Source: Paraspadella gotoi (taxonomy: Eukaryota; Animalia; Chaetognatha). From it: DNA of 64,000 bases. The DNA lies in contig CM119264.1 of NCBI GenBank assembly GCA_051294375.1, positions 15,272,355 to 15,336,354 of the forward strand. The letters are read 5' to 3'. Position 1 is the stretch's first letter. Every line of letters begins with the position of its first letter. Of this stretch, positions 61,521-64,000 are shown one piece after another. The notes under the pieces were generated by a model that worked only from the letters and a program-made list of their open reading frames with translations, was not told the DNA's origin and searched no databases. The position numbers were made by a program, and so were the translations under genes.

Positions 61521-63770
61521 TAGACACATTTGAATCCGACAAAGTTTTAATTAGATAACCAGTCTGGGTGTCATTCTGTTCGTTTTTCCAAGCTCTTTTT
61601 AACTAAAAAAGTTTCATTTAAAAAAAAAAAAACTTTTCGCCCGAGCCAGGGGTGTTGAAGAGTCAAAATATGGAAATTCACCATTTTTTAGTATTTTTTA
61701 CCTTTTTCCAGTTAATTTTTTTAATATAATAATCTTTAATCAAGTTAATTACTTCTGATAATGATTTTAATTTATCCTATTTAACTGTTTTTAAAACCAT
61801 TCATTAAAAAAATATTAGTTTTTAGCTTAAGCCAAGGGTGTTGAAGAGCTAAAATGTTTAAATATTTTTTTTTAAATATTTATAAATCATAATTTATTAT
61901 TTTTTTAAAGATAACTTATTTTAATTATGGTAATGAAAATATTTGATATCTTTAAATGCTTTGAGGCGACTTACCACAGCTTTAAGTTAATCAATTAATT
62001 TAATAATGTTTTTTAAAACTGAAAACCCCAAAAACTTCTATGATCCAAAGCAATTAATTTTAATTTTTAATCACAAAATATAATTGTTATAAGATAAAAT
62101 TATTTAAATAATATTCGGTTATTACTATAAAAAAATTGTTTACTTTATACTATATAAATATAATTATATTTATATTATAAATATAATTTTATTTAAAAAA
62201 TAATTAAAAAAATTATATCTGAATATAAATTTCGTACGGATAAGAGTAATAGTTTGGTTTAACTCTATATACAAATATTTTTTTATTAAATAAAATATTT
62301 TTTCTTTAATATACAATAATTTTTTTTAAAAAAATTGTTTTTTACTTTTTTCATTAAATAATTGTTGAACAAAGTTTTTTTTCTCACTAAATCTAAAAAC
62401 ACAAGGAAAAGAAAGTTATGATTTATAAAAGATTAATTAAAAATAACTACCTCTTATAGTCCGATTCATATATTTAAATTAATTCATAAATTCATTTAAA
62501 TACTATTTTAATATATAATAATATTGTTAATTGTTAATTAATTTACTTGATTAGCAAATTATTAACAAGTTTAAATTATAAACATTGTGTTGAACTTGTT
62601 TATTGCATTTTTAGATTTATAAAGAAAATTTTATGTTAACAAAAAAATTTAATAAATTTGTTAACAATTTTATTTTTATCGTTGTTAACAAATTCATTAA
62701 ATTTTCTTTGTAATATCTAAAAACAACAAAAAAGAAAGGATCAAACAATGAATATGTTAACAAATATTTTTTTAATGAAAAAAAGTTTTTCTAAAGTCTA
62801 AATTAAAATTTTTAATTAAAATATAAATCATTTCTATCCTAGCATCCCACGTAAGTCCCTCCCCTAGCCATAGCCTCCGCTTTGCATCCAAGGCCAAGCA
62901 TTAACCTTGAACCTATCATCTCCCATAAAACTTTTTCCATCTGTAACTTTCCAGTTAGGTATAACTACAACAACCTTGTTGATCATAATGCTCACTTTTA
63001 CTTATTCAACCTGAATTACAATTACCTCAAATGTTAAAACTAAACACTAACCCTTAACCTAATTTTGCTAAAATTGCCATAACAAGAACATTAGTTTCAG
63101 TTCATTCACAAAATTATTATTTTCTATGCGATATCGCATCAAATCTGGATAGTGGATATCATTTGAATAATTATATCTTTGTTGTAACAATTTCATTATG
63201 ATTAAAAAATTTTATGAACTGCTTTGTTTTTAAGATGAATCTTTAAAAAAAACTTTTTAGAAATAGGTCACAATAGTTTTTAATGCTTTTAATTATAAAA
63301 AATTAATTAACTATGTTAATTAACTTAAAAAACCATTTAAAATTTTCAAATATTTTTATGATCATGATTAAAATATGTAATCTTTAAAAAAATAATAAAT
63401 TATCATTTGAAAATATTAAAAAAGACAATTTAGAAATTTTAGCTGTTTAAAACCCCTGGCTTAAGCCCTAAACTAATATTTTTTGTGAATGAATGTTTTA
63501 AAAATAGTTAAATATGATAATTTAAAAGCATTATCATTAGTAATTAACTTGATTAATGATAATTATATTAAAAAAATTACTGAAAAAAGCTAAAAAATAC
63601 TCATAAAAGGTGAAATTCCATATTTTGGCTCTTTAACACCCCTGGCTCGGGCGAAAAAGTTTTTTTTTTTTAAATAAAACTTTTTTAGTTAAAAAGAGCT
63701 TGGTAAAACGAACAGAATGACACCGAGACTGGTTGTTTATTTAAAACATTGTCGGATTCAAATGTGTCTA
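61521..63770. mobile_element. hAT-type non-autonomous element with ~340-bp imperfect TIRs
   Basis: TAGACACATTTGAATCCGAC...GTCGGATTCAAATGTGTCTA; 8-bp TSD GTCATTCT/GTCATTCG; empty site visible at ~58407. Confidence 0.87.
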
Positions 63771-64000
63771 GTCATTCGAAGGTTGAACTAAGGTCTGTGA
63801 TTCGTCGGCATTCTGATGATTCGTGAAGGAGACGAGCAATCACATCACTAGGCCAACCAAGTCTGTTTATAGGTCCATTCCGTTGATGCTATGATGGAAA
63901 AAAAAAGTGTCGCGGTTTGGAAAAGCCAGTTAATTTTATTGTCAAATGTTTTTTGGCTAATAAACAGAGATGTGGAAGCGATCGATTTTTCCGCCGCTGC

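Larger units (their letters stand above)
58135..63888 (-). mobile_element. Non-autonomous LTR element with atypical termini; LTRs 58135-58524 and 61329-63888 (interrupted by a hAT MITE)
   Basis: TSD CTAT (58131-34 / 63889-92); PPT AGAGAGGGGG before the 3' LTR; TGG-starting PBS-like motif at ~61325; no pol motifs. Confidence 0.8.

Overview
This is AT-rich eukaryotic (probably invertebrate animal) genomic DNA with a 100-N gap at 40407-40506. The only host gene is the 3' half of IGHMBP2/SMUBP-2 (SF1 helicase, R3H, AN1 zinc finger) on the minus strand: 8 coding exons from 55549 to 12000, all GT-AG and in phase. Its introns (up to 18.6 kb) are filled with nested mobile DNA: a BEL/Pao retrotransposon, Gypsy relics, hAT-, Tc1-, Transib-, Kolobok-like and Helentron-like non-autonomous elements, and Penelope-type fragments with minimal hammerhead ribozymes. 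The most striking observation is four subfamilies of short (~230-290 bp) LTRs with 4-bp TSDs, and a tRNA-Trp-like PBS where an internal region survives. Each LTR carries a tRNA-like/Pol III module followed by a circularly permuted (P5-type) twister ribozyme fold. Its pseudoknot and stems covary between subfamilies, and its P1 is reduced to a short palindrome, suggesting dimer-dependent cleavage. They occur as solo LTRs, as TRIM-like two-LTR elements and as one copy still joined to a Gypsy integrase remnant: a candidate 'tRNA-twister LTR retrozyme' system. All folds were read by eye and none has been tested.
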